Positions 29,749-38,370 of a stretch of DNA of 64,000 nucleotides are shown one piece after another. A program made the translations under genes and the position numbers. Each line of letters starts with the position of its first letter. The stretch's first letter is position 1. Below the pieces are notes generated by a model that was not told the DNA's origin, did no database searches, and saw only the letters and a program-made list of their open reading frames with translations. Location: assembly GCA_004552725.1 (NCBI GenBank), contig SFNM01000001.1:7710-71709 (forward strand). The letters run 5' to 3'. Source of the DNA: Bacteroidales bacterium. Lineage in GTDB: Bacteria > Bacteroidota > Bacteroidia > Bacteroidales > Muribaculaceae.

Positions 29749-30681
29749 AAACGCTACTATTTTGAATTACTCGACGAGAACTTCACCAGCCTCGGAGCAA
29801 ACATCGCCGACGGCAGCAACAAGAACACCGCCCTCAACGCCGCCAAGCGCTTCATGAAGGCCAACGGCATAATTTACGCCCAGCTCCAAGTGAACAGCAT
29901 ATTAACCGAGAACATCCTCGACATCATCGAAATCGACCTCACCGAGGAAGAACCCGCCCAGCCGCAGGCCGAGCAAGAGGCCGCCGCCGAACCAACCGCC
30001 ACCGACTTCGCCCAGCGCCTCGACAACGCCACCACTCAAGAAGAATACGCCGCCGCCCTCGCCGACATGGCCGCCTATATTGAGCAGCTCGGCCAAAAAA
30101 TCGAAGACAACTACACCGCGGTCGAAGGCCTTCAAAAGGAATGCCACGACTTCGGCCGCCGCTTAGCTAAAATTCGCGCAGAAATAGAAGCGGAAGAAGC
30201 TGCCGATGCCGCCAAAGAAGCAGCACGCGCCAAAAGAGAAGCCAAGCAAGCAGAAGAAGACGCACGTGCCGCAGAACAAGCCGCCAAATTCGTAGAAGGC
30301 CTCCAGCGCACCGCCGAAGAAATTAAACAAAAGCTGGCAAAGCAAGCCCAGCCGAAAGCACAGGCCGACCAGCCGGAAGCTCCCGAGCAAGTTGCAAGCA
30401 AGTTGCAAGCAACTGACAAGCCGCAGGCCGCCACAACCTACCGCATCAACATCGTGGACGGCTGCACGAACTACAAAACGCAGGAAATCTCAATCGGCGG
30501 CATCACCGACTTATGGCAAGCCAAAAACCGCGCCCGGGCGATGATGGTGCAAATCGCCGCCCTCACCGGCTTCGACCTTACCAACGATAACTACGGATAC
30601 ATCGCCGCCGACCGCAGAGGCGACAACGTATATGTCGCCCGCATATTCAACGAACAAACCAACGAGATGATCAAACTTTAA
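29746..30681 (+). CDS. Hypothetical phage protein with a central coiled coil
   Basis: ATG after an A-rich leader and phage-like codon usage. Confidence 0.7.
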   Translation: MKRYYFELLDENFTSLGANIADGSNKNTALNAAKRFMKANGIIYAQLQVNSILTENILDIIEIDLTEEEPAQPQAEQEAAAEPTATDFAQRLDNATTQEEYAAALADMAAYIEQLGQKIEDNYTAVEGLQKECHDFGRRLAKIRAEIEAEEAADAAKEAARAKREAKQAEEDARAAEQAAKFVEGLQRTAEEIKQKLAKQAQPKAQADQPEAPEQVASKLQATDKPQAATTYRINIVDGCTNYKTQEISIGGITDLWQAKNRARAMMVQIAALTGFDLTNDNYGYIAADRRGDNVYVARIFNEQTNEMIKL

Positions 30682-30694
30682 ACCACCCACCACC

Positions 30695-31048
30695 ATGGCC
30701 TCCATAACTAACCTCGCCGCCGTCCGCGAGCGGCTTACAGCAGCGCCGATGCAAGCAGAACTGCAAGCAGAACTGCAAGCAGCGCAGCCGGAACCACAAG
30801 CGAAAGCAGCGCCGACACCGGCAGAACCCGACCCGCTCGAACTCGTCCACATCGAGCTGACGCGAGAGTGCGCCGACTGGCTACTCGCCGACATAGACAA
30901 GCGCCGCAAGCGCCTCCGCCAAAGCGTCAACGACCCTAAGACCGGGCAGGCCAAGCGCATCAAGCGCGAGCGAGAATTAAATTTCGTGGCGTATGCATCC
31001 GCCACAATACATAACTCACTAAACAACCCCACCCATGAGAACAATTAA
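30695..31048 (+). CDS. Hypothetical phage protein
   Basis: ORF tightly packed in the operon. Confidence 0.6.
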   Translation: MASITNLAAVRERLTAAPMQAELQAELQAAQPEPQAKAAPTPAEPDPLELVHIELTRECADWLLADIDKRRKRLRQSVNDPKTGQAKRIKRERELNFVAYASATIHNSLNNPTHENN

Positions 31049-31457
31049 ATTCCGAGGTAAATCAATATTTGATGAAGGATGGTTGTATGGAGATTTAGTA
31101 CACTCATCTGATATGATGAGGTGCGCTATACTCGTCAATGACAAAACTTGTTATGACGAATGTGAAGTTATCCCTTCCACTATCGGCCAGCTGACTAACT
31201 GCACCACCGCCGACGGAGCGGAGATTTACGAGGGCGACAAACTCGTCGACGACTACCTCCCCGGCTACTACTTCGTGGTGTACTACGACACCGAGGCCGA
31301 CGCCTTCCGCCTTTACAAGCGATGGCCGGACGGTCAAATTCTCCACTACCAGGAGCCGCTGCGCATCAGCCTGATCCGTTACCCCAACCTCCGCCACGCC
31401 GGCACCATACACGACGACAAGCTCGCCGCGAACTATTTAGAAAAATTGAATAGTTAA
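31035..31457 (+). CDS. YopX family protein
   Basis: MRTIKFRGK...W.YGDL...TIGQ.T...G.EIYEGD motif. Confidence 0.85.
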   Translation: MRTIKFRGKSIFDEGWLYGDLVHSSDMMRCAILVNDKTCYDECEVIPSTIGQLTNCTTADGAEIYEGDKLVDDYLPGYYFVVYYDTEADAFRLYKRWPDGQILHYQEPLRISLIRYPNLRHAGTIHDDKLAANYLEKLNS

Positions 31458-31488
31458 AAAAGAGGCTCGCAATGAACACCCGAGGAAG

Positions 31489-31893
31489 TCAATCAGCAGA
31501 AGGCGCGCCCGGAGCCACCGAGGCCGCCAAGTTACCCAACGCAAAGGCCTGCCGCGAGATGGTGGCCGACTGCTCCGCAATCGTCTTCTGCTGCGCTTCC
31601 ACCAAAGCCAGCAGGCGCGAAACAGTGGAGCAAGAACTCTCGGCACATTCGCACGGAGCAGCAAGCGGTTCTATATTTTTTTCAGGATTATTCAAAATCT
31701 CGCCTTCACCGGTTAACAGCCAGCCAATATTTAATTCGGGATATGCTAAAGCAATTCTTTGAACCTTATCCGGCTGGATGCCCACACGCATAGAAGAGAT
31801 GTAAGCATTCGAAACGCCAATTTGCCGGCAAAATTCAGATTTTGAGATTTGCTTTAATTCAATAAATTTTGTAATCCTTTCTTTTACAGTCAT
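31489..31893 (-). CDS. CI-like HTH repressor, copy 2
   Basis: MTVKERITKFIE...SKSEFCRQIGVSNAY...YPELNIGWLLTGEGE plus a C-terminal coiled coil. Confidence 0.82.
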   Translation of the reverse strand: MTVKERITKFIELKQISKSEFCRQIGVSNAYISSMRVGIQPDKVQRIALAYPELNIGWLLTGEGEILNNPEKNIEPLAAPCECAESSCSTVSRLLALVEAQQKTIAEQSATISRQAFALGNLAASVAPGAPSAD

Positions 31894-31949
31894 TTATATT
31901 TAAATTGATTTTAAATTAAGATTCAATATTAAAATTCTGCTTTAAATAT

Positions 31950-32065
31950 TTTGCAAATTCAAAGAAATGCTTTATCTTTGCACAGAGTTTTAAAAGACGA
32001 CACAAAGTTAGCAAAAATTAAACAAACAAGCAATAACAAAAAACCCGTAAAACCACAGAATTATG
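31950..32065. promoter_or_regulatory. Switch region 2: face-to-face promoters and leader
   Basis: TTTG (31950-31953), 19 nt, TATCTTTG (31973-31980) on +; TAACTTTG (-, 32003-32010). Confidence 0.7.
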
Positions 32066-32284
32066 AAAAAGTATTCAATCAAAGCCACCTCGCGAACCGC
32101 CGCCCTTCTGGCAGAATTAGGCATCTCGTTCGTCTGCACCTACGGAAGAAAAAACGGCAATTTCCGCCTCTTCTTCCAAGCATGCGAAGAAGACATCGAA
32201 ACAATCGAAGCCAGCACCGCTTTCACACTTTGCGAGGAGGACGACTTCGGCGGGGACTTCGAAGAATGGGACGCAATACAATAA
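32063..32284 (+). CDS. Hypothetical phage protein
   Basis: First ORF after switch 2, with an acidic C-terminus. Confidence 0.6.
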   Translation: MKKYSIKATSRTAALLAELGISFVCTYGRKNGNFRLFFQACEEDIETIEASTAFTLCEEDDFGGDFEEWDAIQ

Positions 32285-32402
32285 CCATGACCACCAGCGA
32301 CGCAATCACCTACGCAGCCATGGCAATCAGCCTCCTCCTTTTGGTAGCTTCATTCTTCTTCGACCGCGACAACAAATAACAACCCCATAAACCTACAGAA
32401 CA

Positions 32403-32594
32403 ATGAAAGTCAGAATCACACTCAGCATGCCGGACGCCCTCGAGGCGCTCCTGCGTAGCAAACCCGACGAAGTCTGCGCCGCCATCGAGCGCAGCGTGGC
32501 CAAAGCCCTCGCCCGCCAAATGAACGTCAACGCCCGCATCGACTTCGACGAACGCGAAGCCACCGACGACACCCCGGAATCCCCCGAAGTTTAA
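32403..32594 (+). CDS. Hypothetical phage protein
   Basis: A-rich initiation context, co-oriented with neighbours. Confidence 0.55.
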   Translation: MKVRITLSMPDALEALLRSKPDEVCAAIERSVAKALARQMNVNARIDFDEREATDDTPESPEV

Positions 32595-32612
32595 CCTCCT
32601 AAACCTCCAGCC

Positions 32613-32822
32613 ATGCAAGCAAAGACCAACAACCGCCGCAAGTGCAGCCTCCGCAACGTCACAGACAACGTCGCCCCCTTCGCCCTAATACTCGGCGCCA
32701 TCGCCGGTTACTTCGGCTTCATCTTCGACATTAACGCCCTTTTTGCCAGCGGCGCGTTAGTCGCCACCGGCGCAATCTGCGCTTACATGGCGCAACCTCA
32801 AACGAAAGGAGACCAACAATGA
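32613..32822 (+). CDS. Small two-TM phage membrane protein
   Basis: Two hydrophobic segments and an ATGA overlap with the next ORF. Confidence 0.55.
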   Translation: MQAKTNNRRKCSLRNVTDNVAPFALILGAIAGYFGFIFDINALFASGALVATGAICAYMAQPQTKGDQQ

Positions 32823-33109
32823 ACCAACAAGCCAACGTCACCGCCGCCACCGGCATTTTCGCCCGCCTTGGCCGCTATTGCTCAGAACTCCGCCGCCGCC
32901 ACCGCAGCGCCGAGGCCAACCGCAACGCCCGCGAGCTGAACCGCCGCTTTCAGGTAGAAGAGCGAGAAGGCGCCATTTACATCACCCTCGACGGCGTAGC
33001 CATCAAGAAGTTCATGCCGATGGCCGCAATCAGCGACATAGTAAGAGAGCTCACCAACGCCCGCGCCGCCGCATCCGACCACAAACGCCACGTTCCATTC
33101 CAACTTTAA
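32819..33109 (+). CDS. Hypothetical phage protein
   Basis: Translationally coupled ORF. Confidence 0.6.
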   Translation: MNQQANVTAATGIFARLGRYCSELRRRHRSAEANRNARELNRRFQVEEREGAIYITLDGVAIKKFMPMAAISDIVRELTNARAAASDHKRHVPFQL

Positions 33110-33121
33110 ACCCATACGACA

Positions 33122-33601
33122 ATGAGCACTGCCACATTTACCCCCAAGCAATTAGCCGACTTAGCCGCCGGCAAGATAGCCCGCACCGAAGCCCCCGACC
33201 TTATCGAAGTAACCCTCGGCAACCTTTGGCTCTACGAAGAGAAGCTGGTGCGAAAATACGACAACGAAGCCACCACCGCCACCACATTAGACGCCAAAGC
33301 CGGATGGGACGACGCCCGCCGAGCCGCCCAGCGCATGCGCGACGACTTCCTCGACATATTCAACGCCTACAAGGCCGAGGGCTACGCCGCCATGATGGCC
33401 ATGGTCGAAGACAAAACCGAGGCACGGCACCGCCGAGTGAAGCACCTCCAGGGCAACCGCAGCGCCCGCGAGGAGATAGCAGTGGCGCAAGCCGAAGCCG
33501 CCTACTTTGCCTACCTCGCCGACGATTTAATCAACGCCGGGCGCATCACCCGCAAAGAGAGCGCCCGCGCCGAGGCCAAGCAGTACGTGGAGAGCCTGTA
33601 A
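33122..33601 (+). CDS. Hypothetical phage protein
   Basis: 159-aa ORF with phage-like codon usage. Confidence 0.65.
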   Translation: MSTATFTPKQLADLAAGKIARTEAPDLIEVTLGNLWLYEEKLVRKYDNEATTATTLDAKAGWDDARRAAQRMRDDFLDIFNAYKAEGYAAMMAMVEDKTEARHRRVKHLQGNRSAREEIAVAQAEAAYFAYLADDLINAGRITRKESARAEAKQYVESL

Positions 33602-33775
33602 AACCATAAGGCAACAATCCCAATAGGAGCCAGCGGAGCCGGACGCCCCGGCGCAAGGCCTCAAACCGATGATGCGAGGGAACAAGACCTCGGCCACAGG
33701 GCAGGCGGGCGATGCCTCCCAATCGGCTACCCCGCCACCCTTTCAACAAAAAACATTAACCCCCAACATATAGCA

Positions 33776-34081
33776 ATGACAACCACCAAGACAAAGACAT
33801 TCAAAGGAGTACTCCCCCAAGCCGCCTCAGCAGCAACCGCGCCGCTGAGTGCCGGCAACCAACAGCCGCTCCAATATCGCGGCTTCCGCCGAGGCCTCGG
33901 GCAAGTACTTCACAAAGATTATAGCACCGTGATGCGCGAGCTGCACGAGGCGCTCGGCGTTGCCACCCGCTCCGGCCTTCATTTTTACATCCACGGCAAG
34001 ACGCGAGTGCGAGCCGAACAAGCCGACCGCGTCAAGCAAGTATTTAACAACCACGGAATCACAGATATATGGGACGCATAA
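33776..34081 (+). CDS. Putative Cro-like DNA-binding protein
   Basis: Small basic ORF with an HTH-like segment (ELHEALGVATRSGLHFYIHG). Confidence 0.5.
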   Translation: MTTTKTKTFKGVLPQAASAATAPLSAGNQQPLQYRGFRRGLGQVLHKDYSTVMRELHEALGVATRSGLHFYIHGKTRVRAEQADRVKQVFNNHGITDIWDA

Positions 34082-34470
34082 ACATCGACGCGCGCCTCAC
34101 ACCGCGCGAAACACAAATCGCCGAGCTCTTAGCATGGGGAGCAGCGCGAAAAGAAGTGGCCGACCGCCTCTGCATATCGCTCCGCACCGTAGAAGCCACC
34201 GCCCGCCACATATTCGAAAAAGTCGGCATTCAGAAGGCCACAGAATTGTGTGTTTACTGGTTCGTGGCACACTGCGGGGTCAGCTCCAACCTCGACCCGT
34301 TGAAGCGAGTATTCGCCGGCCTGCTATTGATAGCGATTCTCCCTTACGAACTATTCGGCCACGACCCGAGCCAGTCAACCCGCACCGGCCGGAGCATCAG
34401 AGTAACAGCGCGCGCCGCCCGCCCGGGGCGCAACCGCCGCCAGAACATCCCCAACCCCTTTGCAGCATAA
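34069..34470 (+). CDS. LuxR-type HTH transcriptional regulator
   Basis: LTPRETQIAELLAWG...KEVADRLCISLRTV..T...IFEKVG. Confidence 0.85.
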   Translation: MGRINIDARLTPRETQIAELLAWGAARKEVADRLCISLRTVEATARHIFEKVGIQKATELCVYWFVAHCGVSSNLDPLKRVFAGLLLIAILPYELFGHDPSQSTRTGRSIRVTARAARPGRNRRQNIPNPFAA

Positions 34471-34476
34471 CACCCA

Positions 34477-34649
34477 TGAGCACCAAAGACCACCCCGCCA
34501 AAATCGACTGCATAAAATGCGGCTTCGGCGCCCTCCTCGGCTACTTCGAGGGAGAAGGCAACCGCCCCGTTTATATTTGCCCGCGCTGCGGCGTGTGGTT
34601 CATCCCCAACACCAAAGAAATCCACCCCTTAAAAACTCGACAGAAATGA
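34477..34649 (+). CDS. Small Zn-ribbon protein
   Basis: MSTKDHPAKIDCIKC...YICPRCG, two CxxC pairs. Confidence 0.45.
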
Positions 34650-34963
34650 ACATCGCAAGAATTTCAGACACCACGCGCATCATCGACCTCACCGTGGGAC
34701 AATTAGAAGACCTCACCCGCCAATGGATGAGCGAGCTGGCGCAAGCAATTCAGGCCAAACAGGAGAACCGCCCACAAAAGCGCTTCGTTTACGGCCTTCA
34801 GGGCTTGCAAGATTTGCTCAAATGCGGACGCACAGCCGCCTGTCAGCTCAACACCAGCGGCAAAATCGCCGCCGCAACAAGCCGATTTAACAACGTAATC
34901 GTTTACGACGCCGACATGGTGCTCGAACTACTGGGACGAGCACCTCAAGCCGCCGCACAATAA
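34646..34963 (+). CDS. DUF3853-like excisionase-type DNA-binding protein
   Basis: IIDLTVGQL...FVYGL.GL..LL.C....A..L..SGKI..A......IV.DAD..LEL motif. Confidence 0.75.
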   Translation: MNIARISDTTRIIDLTVGQLEDLTRQWMSELAQAIQAKQENRPQKRFVYGLQGLQDLLKCGRTAACQLNTSGKIAAATSRFNNVIVYDADMVLELLGRAPQAAAQ

Positions 34964-34986
34964 TAACCGCCAAAACACAGCCCCCC

Positions 34987-37044
34987 ATGAAACAGCTACA
35001 GATTCAGCGCATCGCCCTCAACTACTTCAAGGGCATCCGCCAAGCGAAAATGGAGTTCCGCCCCGATGTAACCACCATTATCGGCGACAACGGCACCGGC
35101 AAGAGCACCATCGCCGACGCATTCGCCTGGCTCCTATTCGGCAAAAACGCCGCCGGCGACAGCGACCAGCGCTTCAGCATCAAAACCCTCGAAGCCGATG
35201 GCAACTTCATTCCCGACCTCAACCACGAAGTCAGCGCCGACTTCCGCATCACCGACACCGCCACCGGAGAAATCCGAGAAATCAGCCTGCGCCGCGCCTT
35301 GGTGGAAGACTGGCGCACGGCACCGGGCGAAACCGAGCGAGTGCTCCGCGGCCACCATACCGACTATTTTTTCAACGACATACCGGTCAAAAAAAGCGAG
35401 TACGACTCAAAGGTGGCCGAGATAATCCCCGCCGAAGTCTTCCGCCTCATCACCGACCCCGCCGCCTTCCTCGCCCAGCCATGGGAGCAGCAGCGCGCCC
35501 AGCTCACCGCCATTTCCGGTGCCGACAACCTCGACACCGCAGCCATCGCCGCCGGCGTTCAAGACTTCGAACGCCTACTCCAACGCATTAAAGGCGTAAC
35601 CCTCGAGCAATACCGCGCCGGGCTATTAAACGAAAAAAAGCGTTTAGAGGCCGAGCTGGTAAAAATCCCCACGCGAATAGACGAAGTGCAGCGCAGCACA
35701 CCGCTCACCCCCGACTTCGCCGAGTTAGAAGCCCGCAAGGCTGAACTCGAAGCGCGCGAAGCCGGCATTATAAAGGTGGCCACAGACGTCGCCGAGCGCC
35801 AGCGCGTCAAGTACGAAGCCGCCCAGAGCATTCGCCACCAAATCGACCAACTACAAGACGAGCTGATGGCCATGACACAGAAGGCCGTGGCCGAACTTCA
35901 AAATCTCAAATTCGACCGAGAGCAAGCCATCAACGAAGGCCGCCGAGCACTCGCCACCATCGACCGAGAAATCAACTTCGAACAGCAGCAAGCGCAATTC
36001 TCCACCATCGACCGAGAACTCGCCTCCATACAGAGCCAAATTGACGACCTCGAGGCCAAGCAGGAAGCAGCGCGCGCCGAGTATCGCGACATCGCCGCCC
36101 GCCCATACGACCCCGACACATTCACCTGTCCGCTGTTCCGGCACCGGTGCACCGACCCGACGGCATGCAGCGCCAACGGCGAGAGCTTCAACACCGCCAA
36201 GGTGCAAGACCTCAAGCGCCGCCAAAGAGAAGGACGAGAGCGCAACGAGCAGCTCGCCGAACTCCGCCAACGCCTCGAAACCCTGACCGCGGAGAAGACC
36301 GCTCAACAACAGCAGCGCGCCGCCAAGTTAGAAGAACTCAACCAACGCCGCGCCGACGAAGCCGCACGCCTCGAAGCGCTTCAGGCTCTTGCTCCCATCA
36401 CCTCCGACAACCTCAAGGTGGAAGACATACCCGGCCACGCCGAGAAGAGCGCGCGCCTCGAAGAGCTGCGCCGCCAATACAATCAGGCCACCGACACCGG
36501 CGTCGAGCCGCAACAGCCGGCCACCGACAGCGCCGAGTTAAAGAGCATCCGCCGCGAACTCGACGAGGTGAAGCGCCGCCTCGGCCTGCGCATTATCATA
36601 GAGCAGATGAACGCCCGCGTTGAGGAGCTGCACAACCAAACCCGCGAGCTCGCACAGAGCAAAGCCGAAATCGAACGAGAACTCGCCACCGTGACGGCCT
36701 ATTCCGTAGCCATAGACAACGCCATCGAGGAGCAGGTGAACCGCCGCTTCAAGGCCGTAAAATTCCGCCTGTTCAAAACCTTGGTAAACGGTACCCGCCA
36801 GCCCGACTGCATCGCCACCGTTAACGGCGTAAAATACAGCGATGTAAACACCGCCGGACGCATCAACGCCGGCATGGACATAATCGACGCGCTCACCCAT
36901 TACCACAACTTCTCCGCGCCCATCTTCGTAGACAATTGCGAAAGCGTGGCGAAGTTGTACCACCCCGCCGACGCCCAAATCATTCAACTCAAATTCGTAA
37001 AAGGAAGCCCGCTCCAACTTGAAGAAGGAGAGGGCGCAAAATAA
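34987..37044 (+). CDS. Rad50/SbcC-like AAA ATPase with a long coiled coil
   Basis: NYFKGI, Walker A GDNGTGKST, central Cys cluster (CPLF..RC...AC), C-terminal NTAGRINAG.DII and IFVDNCES. Confidence 0.85.
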   Translation: MKQLQIQRIALNYFKGIRQAKMEFRPDVTTIIGDNGTGKSTIADAFAWLLFGKNAAGDSDQRFSIKTLEADGNFIPDLNHEVSADFRITDTATGEIREISLRRALVEDWRTAPGETERVLRGHHTDYFFNDIPVKKSEYDSKVAEIIPAEVFRLITDPAAFLAQPWEQQRAQLTAISGADNLDTAAIAAGVQDFERLLQRIKGVTLEQYRAGLLNEKKRLEAELVKIPTRIDEVQRSTPLTPDFAELEARKAELEAREAGIIKVATDVAERQRVKYEAAQSIRHQIDQLQDELMAMTQKAVAELQNLKFDREQAINEGRRALATIDREINFEQQQAQFSTIDRELASIQSQIDDLEAKQEAARAEYRDIAARPYDPDTFTCPLFRHRCTDPTACSANGESFNTAKVQDLKRRQREGRERNEQLAELRQRLETLTAEKTAQQQQRAAKLEELNQRRADEAARLEALQALAPITSDNLKVEDIPGHAEKSARLEELRRQYNQATDTGVEPQQPATDSAELKSIRRELDEVKRRLGLRIIIEQMNARVEELHNQTRELAQSKAEIERELATVTAYSVAIDNAIEEQVNRRFKAVKFRLFKTLVNGTRQPDCIATVNGVKYSDVNTAGRINAGMDIIDALTHYHNFSAPIFVDNCESVAKLYHPADAQIIQLKFVKGSPLQLEEGEGAK

Positions 37045-37151
37045 AAAGGCCGGCTCAAGCGAGAGCAGACCTCCGCCGTGAGGCGGGAACCATTCAAGTG
37101 TTTTCTGTTATAACGGCGGCGGCCTGTCCACATAACGACCGCCGCCAACAA

Positions 37152-37449
37152 GCCCGAGAACGCGCGTAAGATGGTAGCCGCGCACGTAGCTAAATAAATG
37201 TTTTTATTATTGTTATTTCGTTTTGTTTGTTTCAGCCGAGCCGCGAGGCTCTAAGAAGATAAGTAAGTATGATGATCCGCCCGACCTTATAGCGATAAGA
37301 ACGGGCACAGCCACCGAGAGGTGGCATGCACTGAGAAATTTCATTCATTTGATTTAGATATCGCAAATTCAGCGCCGCGAGGCGCAACACCAAGGTTAAT
37401 AATTCGGTGACAGCTACGGCAGCAGCCGGTTCAACTCCGGCCTCGGGCA
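37152..37449 (+). ncRNA. tRNA-shaped ncRNA with a 220-nt hairpin array replacing the anticodon loop
   Basis: Acceptor stem GCCCGAG/CTCGGGC, D-arm GCGCG/CGCGC with GG in the loop, stem CGTAGCT/AGCTACG, and T-arm GCCGG-TTCAACT-CCGGC. All stems are perfectly paired. Confidence 0.7.
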
Positions 37450-37502
37450 CACAATTAACCCATAATATTAACCGGCGACTTTCGCCACTAAAACCAAAGC
37501 AA

Positions 37503-38357
37503 ATGGACAACGTAACAAACCCCACCCAGCTGCCCGCCGTCATCGACGACGCCCGCAAGCAATTCGAGCTGGCCTGCCGCAGTGCCGAAGGCCTTCAGAC
37601 CATCAACAACTTCGGCGCCGCCTTTCAGGCCGTAACCGTAGTGAACCTTCTCCGCCAAGCCCTCACCGACCAAGTAATGGACGCGGTATTCATGCCGCTG
37701 ATGAACACCAAAGTGGGCTTCCTCACCGACCACACCGGCAAGCCCCGCGGCTCCAAGCCGGCGCTCCCGCCCTACAGCCGCGCCGTGGTGCGTGACGCCA
37801 TCATCGACGCCGTAAGTTACGGCCTGCTCCCCACCGGCAACCAGTTCAACATCATCGCTGAGCGGATGTATCCCACCAAAGAAGGCTACACAGCCCTCCT
37901 CCGCCGCCTCGGTTGCAAGTACTTCATCGAAGTCAGCTACGACCAAAGCAAGACCGAGGGCTTCGCCGAAATCCCCTGCAAAATTACCTACCAATACGGC
38001 GGCGAACGCAACTCCTTCAGCATCGTGGCCACGGTGAAAAAAGACAGCTACAGCAGCCCCGACCAACTCCGTGGCAAAGCCGAGCGCCGCGCCAAAAAAG
38101 CCCTGTTCGAATACATCACAGGGTGCGACTTTGGCGACGCTGACGAAGAGAGCAGCAAGCCCGTGGACGTAGTGGCCGAAGAGATAGCCACCTCGGCCAA
38201 CAAAGGCCGCACAATCGGCGCCAAGCCGGCGCAAGCACAAACCGCCCAGCCGCAACAGCCGGCAGCCAAGGCCGCGACCGCCCAGCCGCAACAGCCGGCA
38301 ACACAAGCACAGGCACAGGCACAATCGGCCGAAGAGCTTCCCGAACTCGACTTCTAA
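37503..38357 (+). CDS. Putative single-strand annealing/recombination protein
   Basis: Position between the AAA ATPase and MBL nuclease, GL.P.GNQFNII...Y.TKEG motif, low-complexity linker and acidic tip (ELPELDF). Confidence 0.55.
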   Translation: MDNVTNPTQLPAVIDDARKQFELACRSAEGLQTINNFGAAFQAVTVVNLLRQALTDQVMDAVFMPLMNTKVGFLTDHTGKPRGSKPALPPYSRAVVRDAIIDAVSYGLLPTGNQFNIIAERMYPTKEGYTALLRRLGCKYFIEVSYDQSKTEGFAEIPCKITYQYGGERNSFSIVATVKKDSYSSPDQLRGKAERRAKKALFEYITGCDFGDADEESSKPVDVVAEEIATSANKGRTIGAKPAQAQTAQPQQPAAKAATAQPQQPATQAQAQAQSAEELPELDF

Positions 38358-38370
38358 CCGGTAACCACGT

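Noticed and set aside
30387..30783. Short GCAAGCA-type tandem repeats
   Set aside because: They encode low-complexity linkers (ASKLQA, QAELQAELQA), with no sign of a separate function.
37047..37411. CRISPR-like mini-array
   Set aside because: The hairpins share shape and GNRA loops but not sequence or regular period, and there are no cas genes.
37152..37449. Ordinary tRNA with a group I intron, or a phage tmRNA
   Set aside because: I could not find group I core elements (R/S, P7) in the insert. The body lacks U8 and has a 5-bp D-stem and a 7-bp anticodon stem. tmRNA would need a G3-U70 pair, no D-stem and a tag ORF, and none of these fit.
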